Of a DNA stretch of 64,000 nucleotides, positions 36,142-46,169 are shown in pieces; positions within the stretch are counted from its first letter, which is position 1; each line of letters begins with the position of its first letter. The notes below the pieces were generated by a model. The model saw only the letters and a program-made list of their open reading frames with translations, was not told the DNA's origin and ran no database searches. The DNA comes from Candidatus Latescibacterota bacterium (GTDB lineage Bacteria > Latescibacterota > UBA2968 > GCA-2709665), in the NCBI GenBank assembly GCA_965222075.1, contig OZ244937.1:5280001-5344000 (forward strand). The letters are read 5' to 3'. The translations under genes and the position numbers were made by a program.

Positions 36142-38430
36142 ATGACTGTTCAAGGACGTGGTGCCAACACTCGAGATGAAGCTGAAGTACCCGCGACCGG
36201 CGGCCGTGTGCCGCTCGACTTTGAGGAGCCGACCGGCACATCGCGCAGGGCCTGGCCGGTGACCGAGGGTTTTCCCTTCCCAAAGGGTGCCCTGAATTCT
36301 GTCGGGCAGATTCGGATTGTGGAGGAGGACGGCCGGGCGCTGGCCTGCCAGGTTCGCCCTTTGGCAGAGTGGCCGGATGGGTCGCTGCGCTGGGTGCTGC
36401 TGGATTTTCAGACGGATATCGTGGCCGGAGAGAACAAACGCCTCTACTTAGAGTACGGGCCCGATGTGAGCCCGCCCGCACCGGAGCGGGCCATCCGCAT
36501 CGAGGAGACCGAGAAGACAGTTACCGTTGATACGGGGCCATTGCAGGTCAAGATCGAACGGGGCTTTCTTTCGCAGGTCGTGCTGGATGGCGAGCCGATG
36601 GTTGCGGAAGGTGAGCCGATCGGTCCCTGGCTGATGGGGGAGGACGGGAAGCGTTTTCGGGCGACGGGCGATCCCGACTGTGAGGTGGCGGTTGAGGCGT
36701 CCGGTCCGCTGCGGGCGGTGATCCGGATGGCCGGGCGCCACACGGCTGACGACGGCGAACAGGTCTTCGGGTTTATCGTTCGGGTGACGCTGTGGGCCGG
36801 GCGCAGCGATTTGCAGGTGGAATACACGTTTGTGAACGATGCGGACGCGGAGGTGACAGAGCTTCAGGAGATCGGCGTTGACCTTCCGCTGCGCCTGGGG
36901 TCGGAGCGGGTTGGGACCTATGGCGCCTACGACTCTGTTCAGCAGGTGAAGGAAGACTTCCATCTGGTTCAGGACAAGCCGGTGATGCGTTCGCGGTCTA
37001 TCTTCAGCGAGCCGCGCGCCGCCGATGGAGAACCGCTGGCGGGACGGGGGCAGGGGTGGGTCGATCTGAGCGACGGGGTGCGGGGTGTGACGGCATCGCT
37101 GCAGACGTTTGGGCAGAACTATCCGAAGGTGGCGGCGGTCGAGGGAGATACGATCGGTTTCCGGTTGTGGCCTGCGGAGGGGGGGATTTTGAAGTTTGTG
37201 CAGGGGATGGCGAAGACGCACCGGCTTTATTACCACTTCCACGCGGGCGATGGGGCAGCGGCACAGGCTAACGAGGCAGCGGTGAATTTTGAAGAGCCGC
37301 TGCTTTTCGCCTCGCCCGATTGGGTGCTGGGCAGCGGTGCGCCGGGGGAGGTGTTCCCGTGTATGCCGGACCGGTATCCGGGCATCGAGCGGGCGTTTCG
37401 GGATGCATACGTGCATTACGCATACGACAACCTGGCATTCGGGATGATCGACTATGGCGACTTTCCACAGCTCGGCACGGAGGGTCGGGAGAGGTATATG
37501 GGGAACAACGAGCACGATCTGGCGCACGGTCTGCTGCTCCAGTTCGCCCGCACGGGAGACCGGATGTATTTCATAAGCGCGGATGCGGCGGTGTGGCATA
37601 CGATGGATATCGATACGATCCACCACACGACGGATTCGCCCGAGGTGCTGGGCGGACAGCGCGCGCACGGGGACGACCACGGGAAGGCGGCGATCTATCC
37701 GTCGCATATGTGGAGCGAGGGGCTGGTGGAGTATTACTGGATGACGGGTCATCCCCGGGCGCTGGAGATCGTGCGGGGGCTGGGGGATTGCTATCTGCGA
37801 ATGGTGGAGTTAGGTCGGTCTCTGCGGGGTGACCGGGAGGGGGGATGGTCGTTGATCGCGCTGACGGCGATCTACGAGGCGACGGGGGACGAGCGGTACT
37901 TAGAGGGCTGCCGCAAGATCGTGCATGCGGTGCAGGGGCAGCAGAGAGAAGATGGGGGATGGTTGATTAAGGTAGGATTTCGCCAGGCCATCTCGCCGAT
38001 GCACGTGTGCATCCTGCTGGCCGGGCTGCGCAAGGTGCACGCGCTGACCGGGGATGAGTCGGTGCGCGAGACTTTCCTGAAAGGGATGGATTGGGTCTAT
38101 GCGAAGGGGCGTTTCCCGGACGGGACGCTCCGCTACATTGACCATCCGGACCCGGCCTTCCGGCGGTCGCGTTACGGCGGGGATCTGCGGGAAGCGTTCG
38201 GGTATGCCTACCACCTGACGGGCGATCCGAAGTACATCGAGATGGGTCTGGTCAACAACAAGTGGGCGTTTGGGGTGGACTGTCTGCGCGGTTCCTGGAT
38301 GTTCGGGATCACCCAGGATCTCCGCTTAGTGATGGTGTTCGGATCGAATCTGGCGAGCGAGTACCGTGGCAATTTCCGCTTCCTCTACTGGGCGGACCGG
38401 GCCGGATTGCTGAAAGATTTGCCAGAGTGA
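36142..38430 (+). CDS. PcRGLX/YetA-like protein (exo-rhamnogalacturonan lyase-like)
   Basis: WPVTEGFPFPKGAL...WPDGSLRWVLLDF N-domain; GMIDYGDF...NNEHD; alpha/alpha toroid repeats; no signal peptide. Confidence 0.7.
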   Translation: MTVQGRGANTRDEAEVPATGGRVPLDFEEPTGTSRRAWPVTEGFPFPKGALNSVGQIRIVEEDGRALACQVRPLAEWPDGSLRWVLLDFQTDIVAGENKRLYLEYGPDVSPPAPERAIRIEETEKTVTVDTGPLQVKIERGFLSQVVLDGEPMVAEGEPIGPWLMGEDGKRFRATGDPDCEVAVEASGPLRAVIRMAGRHTADDGEQVFGFIVRVTLWAGRSDLQVEYTFVNDADAEVTELQEIGVDLPLRLGSERVGTYGAYDSVQQVKEDFHLVQDKPVMRSRSIFSEPRAADGEPLAGRGQGWVDLSDGVRGVTASLQTFGQNYPKVAAVEGDTIGFRLWPAEGGILKFVQGMAKTHRLYYHFHAGDGAAAQANEAAVNFEEPLLFASPDWVLGSGAPGEVFPCMPDRYPGIERAFRDAYVHYAYDNLAFGMIDYGDFPQLGTEGRERYMGNNEHDLAHGLLLQFARTGDRMYFISADAAVWHTMDIDTIHHTTDSPEVLGGQRAHGDDHGKAAIYPSHMWSEGLVEYYWMTGHPRALEIVRGLGDCYLRMVELGRSLRGDREGGWSLIALTAIYEATGDERYLEGCRKIVHAVQGQQREDGGWLIKVGFRQAISPMHVCILLAGLRKVHALTGDESVRETFLKGMDWVYAKGRFPDGTLRYIDHPDPAFRRSRYGGDLREAFGYAYHLTGDPKYIEMGLVNNKWAFGVDCLRGSWMFGITQDLRLVMVFGSNLASEYRGNFRFLYWADRAGLLKDLPE

Positions 38431-38588
38431 CAAGGCCAGCGGCGATAGAAGAGAAGTCCTGGAGGATTTCCGCTCTGAGGTTGTCGTGTCAGGAGAATCT
38501 GCAGGTGACGACGCAGGAGGGAGCGTTCCTGGTGCTGCGCTCTCGGCGGGACGAGGAATCGAGGAAACCTGATCAGATACGTGTCCAA

Positions 38589-38633
38589 TAAAGGGTTGAC
38601 CAGGGGTGCCCTACAATATATATTTCCCATGAT
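38589..38633 (+). promoter_or_regulatory. Sigma70-like promoter, copy 2 of the duplicated element
   Basis: TTGACC(38596)-N17-TATATT(38619); near-identical to 21771-21815. Confidence 0.65.
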
Positions 38634-38668
38634 CAAGCACTGGGTTTACGGCCCGGAAGTCGCCTACG

Positions 38669-38805
38669 GTAGGGGATTTGGGGCAACCGCAGGGGGGCAA
38701 TCACAGGGGGGCAACCGCAGGCGGGCAATCACAGGAGGGCAACCGCAGGGGGGGCAATCACAGAGGGGCAACCGCAGGGGGGCAATCACAGGGGATTGCC
38801 CCTAC
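38669..38805. repeat. REP-derived tandem repeat, 8 x ~14 bp with alternating units
   Basis: (CAACCGCA-G6 / CAATCACA-G6) x4, ending in the hairpin GGGGCAATC...GATTGCCCC-TAC; GTAGGGG at the left end. Confidence 0.9.
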
Positions 38806-38831
38806 GGGACGCTGTCTGTCGGAGGTTTGCG

Positions 38832-41294
38832 ATGAAAGCTTCAGTCGGATACCGAGATTCGGTTTTCTCCCTCAGGGGTCTCTGCCGGGTTCTGGCGCTG
38901 GTCTCTGTGTCTGCGACTCTAACGGCATCGGCGGCCTTCTCCGATGAGGGCGGAGCGGTTTCGGGTTCCCAGGTCGAGCGGCAACTGGATGAGGGGGAGC
39001 TCGACGAGGCCGTGGGTCTGTTCACCCGCCTGGTCGAGGCCTACCCGGAGGACGCCCACCTGCGGATCCGGCTGGGCTATGCCTACCTCAAGCGGAAGGA
39101 CTTTAAGTTGGCTACAAAGACCTTTAAAGAGGCCAAGAATCTGGATAGGACCCGCCCTGAGGCATACGTGGGGCTTGGGCTGGCCCATGCAGAGCGCCCT
39201 GCCAGAGGCCTGGAGGCCTTCTATAACTTCCGACGTGCCATAGGCGAGGCCAAGCGGGCGACCAGGCTGGACTCGACCTACGGACCCGCGTACCGCCTCC
39301 TCGGCGAGATCTACGAGCGCTATGAGGAGAATCATAAAAAGGCGATTGTATATTTTACGAAGTATGTCGAGCTGGAATCCGATAACCCGGACGGTCTCTA
39401 CTATTTCGGACGCGCCTGCGTACAGGCCAAGGAGTACGAAAAGATCGCCCAATACATCGCTCCCTACGTGAAGGCACATCCTGAGAAATCCCGGCTCCTT
39501 CCCTTAGTGGCGCAGGCGCATTTCTTTCTGGAGCGGTTTGATCTGGCTTTAGAATACTTCGAACACTACCTGCGGACGCTGGACGAGGCGGAGCATCAGC
39601 TTTATACCGATGTTTCCTTAGTTGCTTCCAAAAAGGAACTCGAAGACCTCCAGGCGACGCCCGAAGCGGAACGCGTGGCCTACCTGGAGCAGTTCTGGCT
39701 GAGGCGGGATTCCGATATTCTAACCAAAATCAACGAGCGTATTATCGAGCACTACCGCCGGGTCTGGTTCGCCCGGACTTTTTTTTCCGACAAGGTCCAT
39801 CCCTGGGACAAGCGGGGGGAGGTCTACATCCGGTATGGGGAGCCCGACTACCGCTCCCGGTCCACTGAGAGGCAGTTCGTTCAGAGTCCCGAAGTGGAGG
39901 CCATCCGCAACCGGATGGCGGTGATTATGTATGGGGCCGAGGCCACCTTTCTGACCTTTACGGGTCCTGTGTTTCCGATTCGGTCGCATCGTGATCCATT
40001 TGCTGCTACCCTCTACGACCAGGAGGATGCACTCGTAGATGTACTGGGTCCCGTCAATGAAGAGGGAGACCTCGCGGACGAGTTCGCGGAAACGACGCCG
40101 AACCTCAGTCTCCCTGCCAGCAGTGACGAGGAGGCCATTATTAATAAAGAGGACAGCCGCTTTGACGAAATTGGCAACCCGAAGACGCAGCTCAATTTTG
40201 GCGGGTACGCCCCTGTCACGATGGGCAACGAGTTCGGGACCGTGCCCTGGGAGACCTGGACCTACACGAAGATCGGGGGCGGCATCGAAATCACGTTCAC
40301 AGACGAGATGGGCAGCGGGGTGTTCGCCTTTGCTCCCATCCCTTCACTCGATGTTGACCCGGACCTTCGCAAGGTTTCCCAGGTTACCAGGTTTGCCCCC
40401 AGCACCATCTTCGAAAATGCCGTCGCCCAGGTACCTGACTACTACCGTCCGGGCTTTCTGCATCCCCCCCTCGAGTTCTACTTCGACTTGGCCGACTTCC
40501 GGGGTTCCGACGATCAGACCACGCTGGAGGTCTACTACGGGATTCCGGCTGAACAGATCGAAGTTTTTCAGAAGGCGGACTCGACCTTTGTGGAGGTGCA
40601 GTGCGCGGCGGCTCTGGCGAATGCGGACCATACCTCCGTCTACCGGACCGCATCGAAACACACCTATCGGGTTGTGGACCGTTTTACACAGGCCAGGGGG
40701 ACGTTCCAGCCCGAGCTCCTTAAGGTCCAGGCGCCTCCCGGCAGATACGAACTCCAGGTTCAGCTCAAGGACCTGACCTCGGGCCGCACCGGGATCTACA
40801 GGCAGTCCGTAGAGGTGAAGGCGTATCCTGAAGACGTGCTTCGGATCAGCGACATCCAGCTGGCCGCTGCGATCGAAGACACGGGGTCGATCGACAGGTT
40901 CAGGAAGGGGGATATCTGGGTTGTGCCGATGCCGACCCGCAACTACAGGGGATCCCAGAAGGTTTACTTCTACTGCGAGATCTACAATCTCAATAGGGAC
41001 ATCTTCGGTCGGACTCGCTACAGCATAAAGTACCTCGTCAGATCTGTTTCAAAGTCCACGATCGGGTTCGGTGAGGCGGCTGCAGCAAGACTCCGTTCTC
41101 TGCTCAGGAGCGGTAAACCTCAGGTTTCGATCGCCTACGAACAGACCGGGTCGGAGACGACCGTGCAGGAATACGTCGAGATTGATCTGACTAAGCTCAA
41201 GCGCGGGGCTAAAGTGTTTGAGCTCAAGATCAAGGATCTTGTCACCGGCAAGACCGCGACCCGCGAGATTCGTTTCCGGTACGGAGAAGGTTGA
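38832..41294 (+). CDS. TPR plus GWxTD-like domain protein (2)
   Basis: Signal peptide; TPRs; FWLRRD...EHYRRVWFA...PWDKRGEVYIRYGEPD; paralog of 30661-33414. Confidence 0.8.
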   Translation: MKASVGYRDSVFSLRGLCRVLALVSVSATLTASAAFSDEGGAVSGSQVERQLDEGELDEAVGLFTRLVEAYPEDAHLRIRLGYAYLKRKDFKLATKTFKEAKNLDRTRPEAYVGLGLAHAERPARGLEAFYNFRRAIGEAKRATRLDSTYGPAYRLLGEIYERYEENHKKAIVYFTKYVELESDNPDGLYYFGRACVQAKEYEKIAQYIAPYVKAHPEKSRLLPLVAQAHFFLERFDLALEYFEHYLRTLDEAEHQLYTDVSLVASKKELEDLQATPEAERVAYLEQFWLRRDSDILTKINERIIEHYRRVWFARTFFSDKVHPWDKRGEVYIRYGEPDYRSRSTERQFVQSPEVEAIRNRMAVIMYGAEATFLTFTGPVFPIRSHRDPFAATLYDQEDALVDVLGPVNEEGDLADEFAETTPNLSLPASSDEEAIINKEDSRFDEIGNPKTQLNFGGYAPVTMGNEFGTVPWETWTYTKIGGGIEITFTDEMGSGVFAFAPIPSLDVDPDLRKVSQVTRFAPSTIFENAVAQVPDYYRPGFLHPPLEFYFDLADFRGSDDQTTLEVYYGIPAEQIEVFQKADSTFVEVQCAAALANADHTSVYRTASKHTYRVVDRFTQARGTFQPELLKVQAPPGRYELQVQLKDLTSGRTGIYRQSVEVKAYPEDVLRISDIQLAAAIEDTGSIDRFRKGDIWVVPMPTRNYRGSQKVYFYCEIYNLNRDIFGRTRYSIKYLVRSVSKSTIGFGEAAAARLRSLLRSGKPQVSIAYEQTGSETTVQEYVEIDLTKLKRGAKVFELKIKDLVTGKTATREIRFRYGEG

Positions 41295-41406
41295 TTTCGT
41301 CTGTGCGATTATCGCTGCGCAAGGAGCCGAGTAAACGGTCTTATAATGTATGTGGTAGAAATTTAAGGGTATCTAATTGGAAAATTTAAGATTCTTAAAA
41401 TAAGGC

Positions 41407-41475
41407 TTGACAATGGTGCCAAACGGTTGTAATTTGGTTTTAGATTGGAGGGTTTGTTAGCGCAAACGTTCCCGC
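41407..41475 (+). promoter_or_regulatory. Promoter of the LacI gene with LacI-type operators
   Basis: TTGACA-N17-TAATTT; TGCCAAACGGTTGTAA (41417) and GCGCAAACGTTCCCGC (41460), both with a central CG. Confidence 0.65.
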
Positions 41476-41532
41476 AACACGACGTTTGTCTCGTCAAGGG
41501 GGCTGAGTCTTGGGGAAAAGAAGATTTGAAGG

Positions 41533-42585
41533 ATGAAACGGCAGAGGCGAGTCACGATTAAAGACATCGCGCGGTATTTGGGGATTTCGTCTTCGACGGT
41601 GTCGCGGGCGCTGAGCGGTGGTCTGGAAGACCGGATCAGCCTGGCCACACAGAAGAAGGTCCTGAAAGCTGCCTCGGCGCTGGAGTACTACCCGAACTTA
41701 ATGGCGCGCGCGATAGTCAAGCGGAAGAGCGGCGTTCTGGGCCTGCTTACCTGTGAGATCTTCTATCCTGGCCAGTCCAGCTACGTCCAGGACATAGTGA
41801 TGGAGGCGCACCGGCACGGCTATCAGGTTACGCTGGGGGTAGCCACCTCTTCCCGCTCTGAAGATGTGCTGGACGACCTGCAGGTGCAGGTCCGGCAGAT
41901 GATCTCAATGAATGTGGATGGACTGTTGATCCACATGCGGGGGATTGCCGGTGAAGAGAGGCAAATCGTCGATTCGGTTGGGGATGTGGTGCCTGCGGTG
42001 GCCTTTAGCCACCCCATAGAAGGGATTAGCAACGTGGTCCTGGACCGGGTTGCGGGCGCGTACGCGGCCGCGGAACATCTGATCCGGTTGGGACATCAAC
42101 GCATCGGGTTTGTGGGGGTGGATTGGGCGCGGGCGCGGATGTCCGCGCGGCAGGGTTACCTCCGCGCCGTACAGGAGTACGGCCTGACGCCGGAGGAGGT
42201 GTTTGTGGATGGCGAGACCCTGGAGGAGGGCTACCGGCTGGGTGTACAGATGGGGCGCGCGTCCGACCGGGCAACGGCCCTCATCTACTGCAGCGGCGTC
42301 TTGCTCGGGATCGGGATCTGCCGGGGTCTCCAGGAGGTCGGGGTTCGGGTTCCGGAGGAGGTCGCGGTCGTGGGGGGCGACACCAGCGGGCTCGGGGCCT
42401 ATTGCACCCCTCCTATGACGGCGGTCACTCCGTCTGTGGAGGAGGTTTGTCGGTATGCGATCCGACTGCTTATCGATCAGTTAAACGGGGAACCTGAGGT
42501 GAGGCGCGTGACGATTCAGCCGCGCCTCATCGTCCGGAAGTCCTGTGGGGCGGATCTGAGGCTGCAATCGGCTGTTTCAGTTTGA
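41533..42585 (+). CDS. LacI-family transcriptional regulator
   Basis: VTIKDIARYLGISSSTVSRAL HTH; YYPNLMAR; RVPEEVAVVG; LIVRKSC. Confidence 0.95.
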   Translation: MKRQRRVTIKDIARYLGISSSTVSRALSGGLEDRISLATQKKVLKAASALEYYPNLMARAIVKRKSGVLGLLTCEIFYPGQSSYVQDIVMEAHRHGYQVTLGVATSSRSEDVLDDLQVQVRQMISMNVDGLLIHMRGIAGEERQIVDSVGDVVPAVAFSHPIEGISNVVLDRVAGAYAAAEHLIRLGHQRIGFVGVDWARARMSARQGYLRAVQEYGLTPEEVFVDGETLEEGYRLGVQMGRASDRATALIYCSGVLLGIGICRGLQEVGVRVPEEVAVVGGDTSGLGAYCTPPMTAVTPSVEEVCRYAIRLLIDQLNGEPEVRRVTIQPRLIVRKSCGADLRLQSAVSV

Positions 42586-42606
42586 CTATGGCCTGATCGG
42601 CGGCCC

Positions 42607-42704
42607 ATAAGAAAGCCGTTAGCCACCGACCTGACGAGAAGGGGCTAACGGCTTAGAAGGGGATGTAAAGGGGCACCACAACCCTTTCATATCCCTTTGC
42701 AGAA
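42607..42704 (-). ncRNA. Putative small RNA (possibly Acido-Lenti-1-like)
   Basis: Own promoter; hairpin GGGATATGAAAGGG-TTGTGGTGC-CCCTTTACATCCC; terminator AAGCCGTTAGCC...GGCTAACGGCTTTCTT; no ORF. Confidence 0.65.
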
Positions 42705-42710
42705 GGTGCA

Positions 42711-42739
42711 AATATAGAAACTATTCGCAATAAAGTCAA
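42711..42739 (-). promoter_or_regulatory. Promoter of the small RNA
   Basis: Minus strand TTGACT-N17-TATATT. Confidence 0.7.
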
Positions 42740-43028
42740 GACCTAACCTCAATGTCGTGGTGGTCGAGGCCGTGGGACTGGTGGATGCGATCTATCGCTT
42801 GCAGATCTGACCTCATCAGGCAGGGAGAATCGCAGATGGGAGGTCTGAGTACCAAGCAAGTTTCGTTTTACGTGGAGGGGTTGAACTCGAAACCGGGGTG
42901 GTGTTGGGAAGTGCAGGGACCCTGAGCCGGGAGAAAGGAGGAAGAATGCGATATAGAGGATTCCGCTACAGTTTTGGGATTTTCGGAGGGATGAGGTGAT
43001 ACCTTCAACCCGAAGGAGAGGAGGAGAG

Positions 43029-46000
43029 ATGATGAGCAGGTTAAAGATAGGTATAGGCGCTGTCCTTGCGCTCGGGGTGGTTTTGGCGATGGTCAGCACG
43101 GCGACCGCCGGCTCGGTGGGAAAGGTGACCGGCAGGGTGACGGACGAGAGGGGAGGGCCGCTGCCGGGGGCCAACGTGGTGCTGGAGGGGACGCAGCGGG
43201 GCGCGACGACAGATACGGACGGGTCCTATGTGATCCTGTCGATTGATCCGGGGGTCTACTCGGCGACGGCCTCGATGGTGGGCTACCACCTGGCGGCCAA
43301 GGAGCGGGTGATCGTGCAGGTGGATCTCACCACGACGGTGGATTTCCGGCTTCGGGAAGAGGCGCTGAAGATGGAGGAGATGGTGGTGGTGGCGGAGCGT
43401 CCGGCTGTGGAGCCGGACAAGACGGAGAGCCGGTATGTGGTGAGCTTCCAGGATATCCAACGGGTACCGATTTTAAGGAATGTTGGGGAGTTTATGGAGA
43501 TGGAGGCGGGGATGGCGGTGGACGGCAGCGGACAGATCCGCTCCGGCATGGTCCTGGACAACGCATACTACGTGGATGGGGTTCGGCTGGTAAACAACGA
43601 TGTAAGGGGAATGACGGGCACACCCGCGGCCCGCCGTCCCGTCTCCTGGTACGCCCCGACGGCCGAGGTCCAGTGGTCGGGAGTCAACGTCAAGGCGGTG
43701 CAGGAACTCTCTCTCATAACGGGCGGCATGAACGCCGAGTACGGGAACGCGTCCGCTGGCGTGGTGCAGATGGTGACCCGGGATGGTGGGAACACGTACC
43801 ACGGCGAGGTTGAGTATCGGCTCACCCCGGCGGGCAAGAAGCACTGGGGAAAGAACGTGTATGATTCGCCCGAACACCGGGGCCGTGTGCGGTGGGACGA
43901 TCCGGAGTGGGTGTCGGAGGTGGATCCTGTGACGGGCCGTCTGGTTCACCAGCGGAAAAACTACACGGACTGGCGGGGGCACTACTTCGACGGTCACTTT
44001 AGCGGGCCGATCACCCGATCGGCGTCCTTCTTCGGCAGCGCCCGGCATAACCGGGATGCGGCCCCTTTTCCCAATACGTGGGATGAGCATCGGCCGTTCA
44101 ACTTCCGGACCACGGCGAAGCTGACTGTGTCGGCCACTCCGAATGTGAAGGCGCGGTTCGGTTGGGTCTTCGACCGTTGGAAAACCTTTGAACTCGCCGC
44201 TTATCGCAACATCCTCTGGGGGGCGGGACTGACGCGGGAAACAGAAAATAACGTGAAGAGGGGCCCCGGGCGGGACATCTTCTTGCCAGCAGGGTCGTCC
44301 GCCGGACAGAGCATCAAGGCGGAGAACGTGCTCTACGCTGTTCTGACCCACACGATCGGTCCCAGGACCTTCTACGAGCTGAGGGTGTCGAATTACCAGA
44401 GCAAGCAGGACACCAGCGGAGTGTCGGACAACACCTCAGCAGAGATCAGGACCGATAAGGCTAACTGGTTCTACCTGGGTTACGATAATGCGTCGAACTA
44501 TACCGTCGGGGAGCAGAATCGCCTCGGCCTCAAGTTCGACCTGTCCAGTCAGGTAACCAAGGGGCATTTCGTCAAGGCCGGGATCGATTTCACCCGGTAC
44601 GACAACTACTATGTCACCCAGACCAGTTCACCCGGCAATAAGACGAGGGCAATCGTCTACCTGGGCCCCGAACCGGGTGCAGGGGTCAAGCCCAAGCAGT
44701 TCGCAGTCTACGCCCAGGACAAAATGGAGTTTGAGGGGCTGGTCATAAACGCCGGCATGCGCTTCGACCGCTTCTGGGGTCCGCCCATACCGATAGCTAC
44801 CGGCTACAGGCAAAAGCTGTATAATTCTCTGCATCGCTTTCTTCAGGCACCCCGTTTCCCCATGGAGCCGATCGTCAACTGGAGTCCGAGGCTGGGGATC
44901 TCGCATCCGATCACGGACAGATCGAAGATGCACTTTTCCTACGGCGTCTTCAACCAGGTGCCGAGTTTCCAGGGGATGTTCCAGGACAATTGGCGGTCCG
45001 CCGGTCCTCCAACGGAGGTGAAGTGGAGCAACTACACTGGAAATTCCTACCCCGGAGACGCGTCCGTTACGAGGCCGATATGGCAGAACACCCCGCGGAT
45101 GATCAATTTTGAGGTGGGCGGGGAGTGGAACTTTGTCAGCGATTATACCGCCTCGATGGCTACCTTCATCAAGAGCGGCACATTTCAAGTGACCTTTGGC
45201 GGTGGAGCCTGGTTCGACCCAAAGACTGCGGGGTTGACGTATGGGACCGGCTACCCAACCAATTCGCACGCCCATGACGTCCGGGGCTACGAGTTCAGCC
45301 TGAGGAAGGACTTCAGCCACCAATTCTCGTTCAGGGCTGCCTTCAATATGGATTGGATGGAATTTTCTTACGGAGGGAATGATGGCGCCTGGAACGGCAG
45401 TACGCTCATCCCCGACTCCACCTACGTAGCCAGCGGCAATTACCACACCAGTTGGGAGATCGTCGGTGGGGTTGAGCGGCCGGTGAAGCTTACGGACGCG
45501 GAGATCAGGGAGATCGGGGCTCAGGCCAACGTGAACATAGCAAAGGTCTATGCGAATCCCCAGGCCTATGCCGGCGGTTGGGCGGCAAGTGATATTGTTA
45601 AGCTGTGGGAGCGGCCCTGGCTTACGGATGAGGAGAGGTCGAAGGTACAGGGCCTGCATATGCTCTACCTATCCTGGCGGGGCACTTCCCAGCGTACGCG
45701 TGGGAGGGGGCCTCGCAAACAGGCCAGCCTGCAGGCGTTCTTCTCGTCCCCGACGGACTTCGGACCGGGTCCGAAGATGGCCGGAGGCACGTTCTTAGGC
45801 GGCGTGAACGTGAACCTGATTTACCGGCTTTACTTCGGAACCGAGTTCAGGTACACCACTATCGAAGGGCTCCAGGACAAGTCGAGGGGGCCCGTGCACA
45901 CCACGGTTGACCTTAACATACAAAAGCGTCTTCACCTGGGTCGTGTGAGCGCCGACCTGTTCTTTGAGGCGTTCAACCTTTTCCAACAGAGGGACGCGCA

Positions 46001-46169
46001 GGTCCAACTGTATGGTTCGACGACAACGGGGCCATACATGTGGTGGGGTCTGGGGTCGGCGCCGGGTCCCGACGATGCGAACTATCTGAAGTATGGGGAT
46101 CCCCGGGATCGAGAACGCTACAGGGGAGATCCTCGGGTCACGCACCTGGGGATCAGGCTGAGGTTCTAA
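43029..46169 (+). CDS. TonB-dependent receptor 2
   Basis: Signal peptide; LPGANVVLEGT; plug GGMNAEYGNASAGVV; NAGMRFD; C-terminal LGIRLRF; paralog of receptor 1. Confidence 0.9.
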   Translation: MMSRLKIGIGAVLALGVVLAMVSTATAGSVGKVTGRVTDERGGPLPGANVVLEGTQRGATTDTDGSYVILSIDPGVYSATASMVGYHLAAKERVIVQVDLTTTVDFRLREEALKMEEMVVVAERPAVEPDKTESRYVVSFQDIQRVPILRNVGEFMEMEAGMAVDGSGQIRSGMVLDNAYYVDGVRLVNNDVRGMTGTPAARRPVSWYAPTAEVQWSGVNVKAVQELSLITGGMNAEYGNASAGVVQMVTRDGGNTYHGEVEYRLTPAGKKHWGKNVYDSPEHRGRVRWDDPEWVSEVDPVTGRLVHQRKNYTDWRGHYFDGHFSGPITRSASFFGSARHNRDAAPFPNTWDEHRPFNFRTTAKLTVSATPNVKARFGWVFDRWKTFELAAYRNILWGAGLTRETENNVKRGPGRDIFLPAGSSAGQSIKAENVLYAVLTHTIGPRTFYELRVSNYQSKQDTSGVSDNTSAEIRTDKANWFYLGYDNASNYTVGEQNRLGLKFDLSSQVTKGHFVKAGIDFTRYDNYYVTQTSSPGNKTRAIVYLGPEPGAGVKPKQFAVYAQDKMEFEGLVINAGMRFDRFWGPPIPIATGYRQKLYNSLHRFLQAPRFPMEPIVNWSPRLGISHPITDRSKMHFSYGVFNQVPSFQGMFQDNWRSAGPPTEVKWSNYTGNSYPGDASVTRPIWQNTPRMINFEVGGEWNFVSDYTASMATFIKSGTFQVTFGGGAWFDPKTAGLTYGTGYPTNSHAHDVRGYEFSLRKDFSHQFSFRAAFNMDWMEFSYGGNDGAWNGSTLIPDSTYVASGNYHTSWEIVGGVERPVKLTDAEIREIGAQANVNIAKVYANPQAYAGGWAASDIVKLWERPWLTDEERSKVQGLHMLYLSWRGTSQRTRGRGPRKQASLQAFFSSPTDFGPGPKMAGGTFLGGVNVNLIYRLYFGTEFRYTTIEGLQDKSRGPVHTTVDLNIQKRLHLGRVSADLFFEAFNLFQQRDAQVQLYGSTTTGPYMWWGLGSAPGPDDANYLKYGDPRDRERYRGDPRVTHLGIRLRF

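Noticed and set aside
38681-38805. CRISPR array
   Set aside because: Units are ~14 bp and contiguous, with no unique spacers and no cas genes
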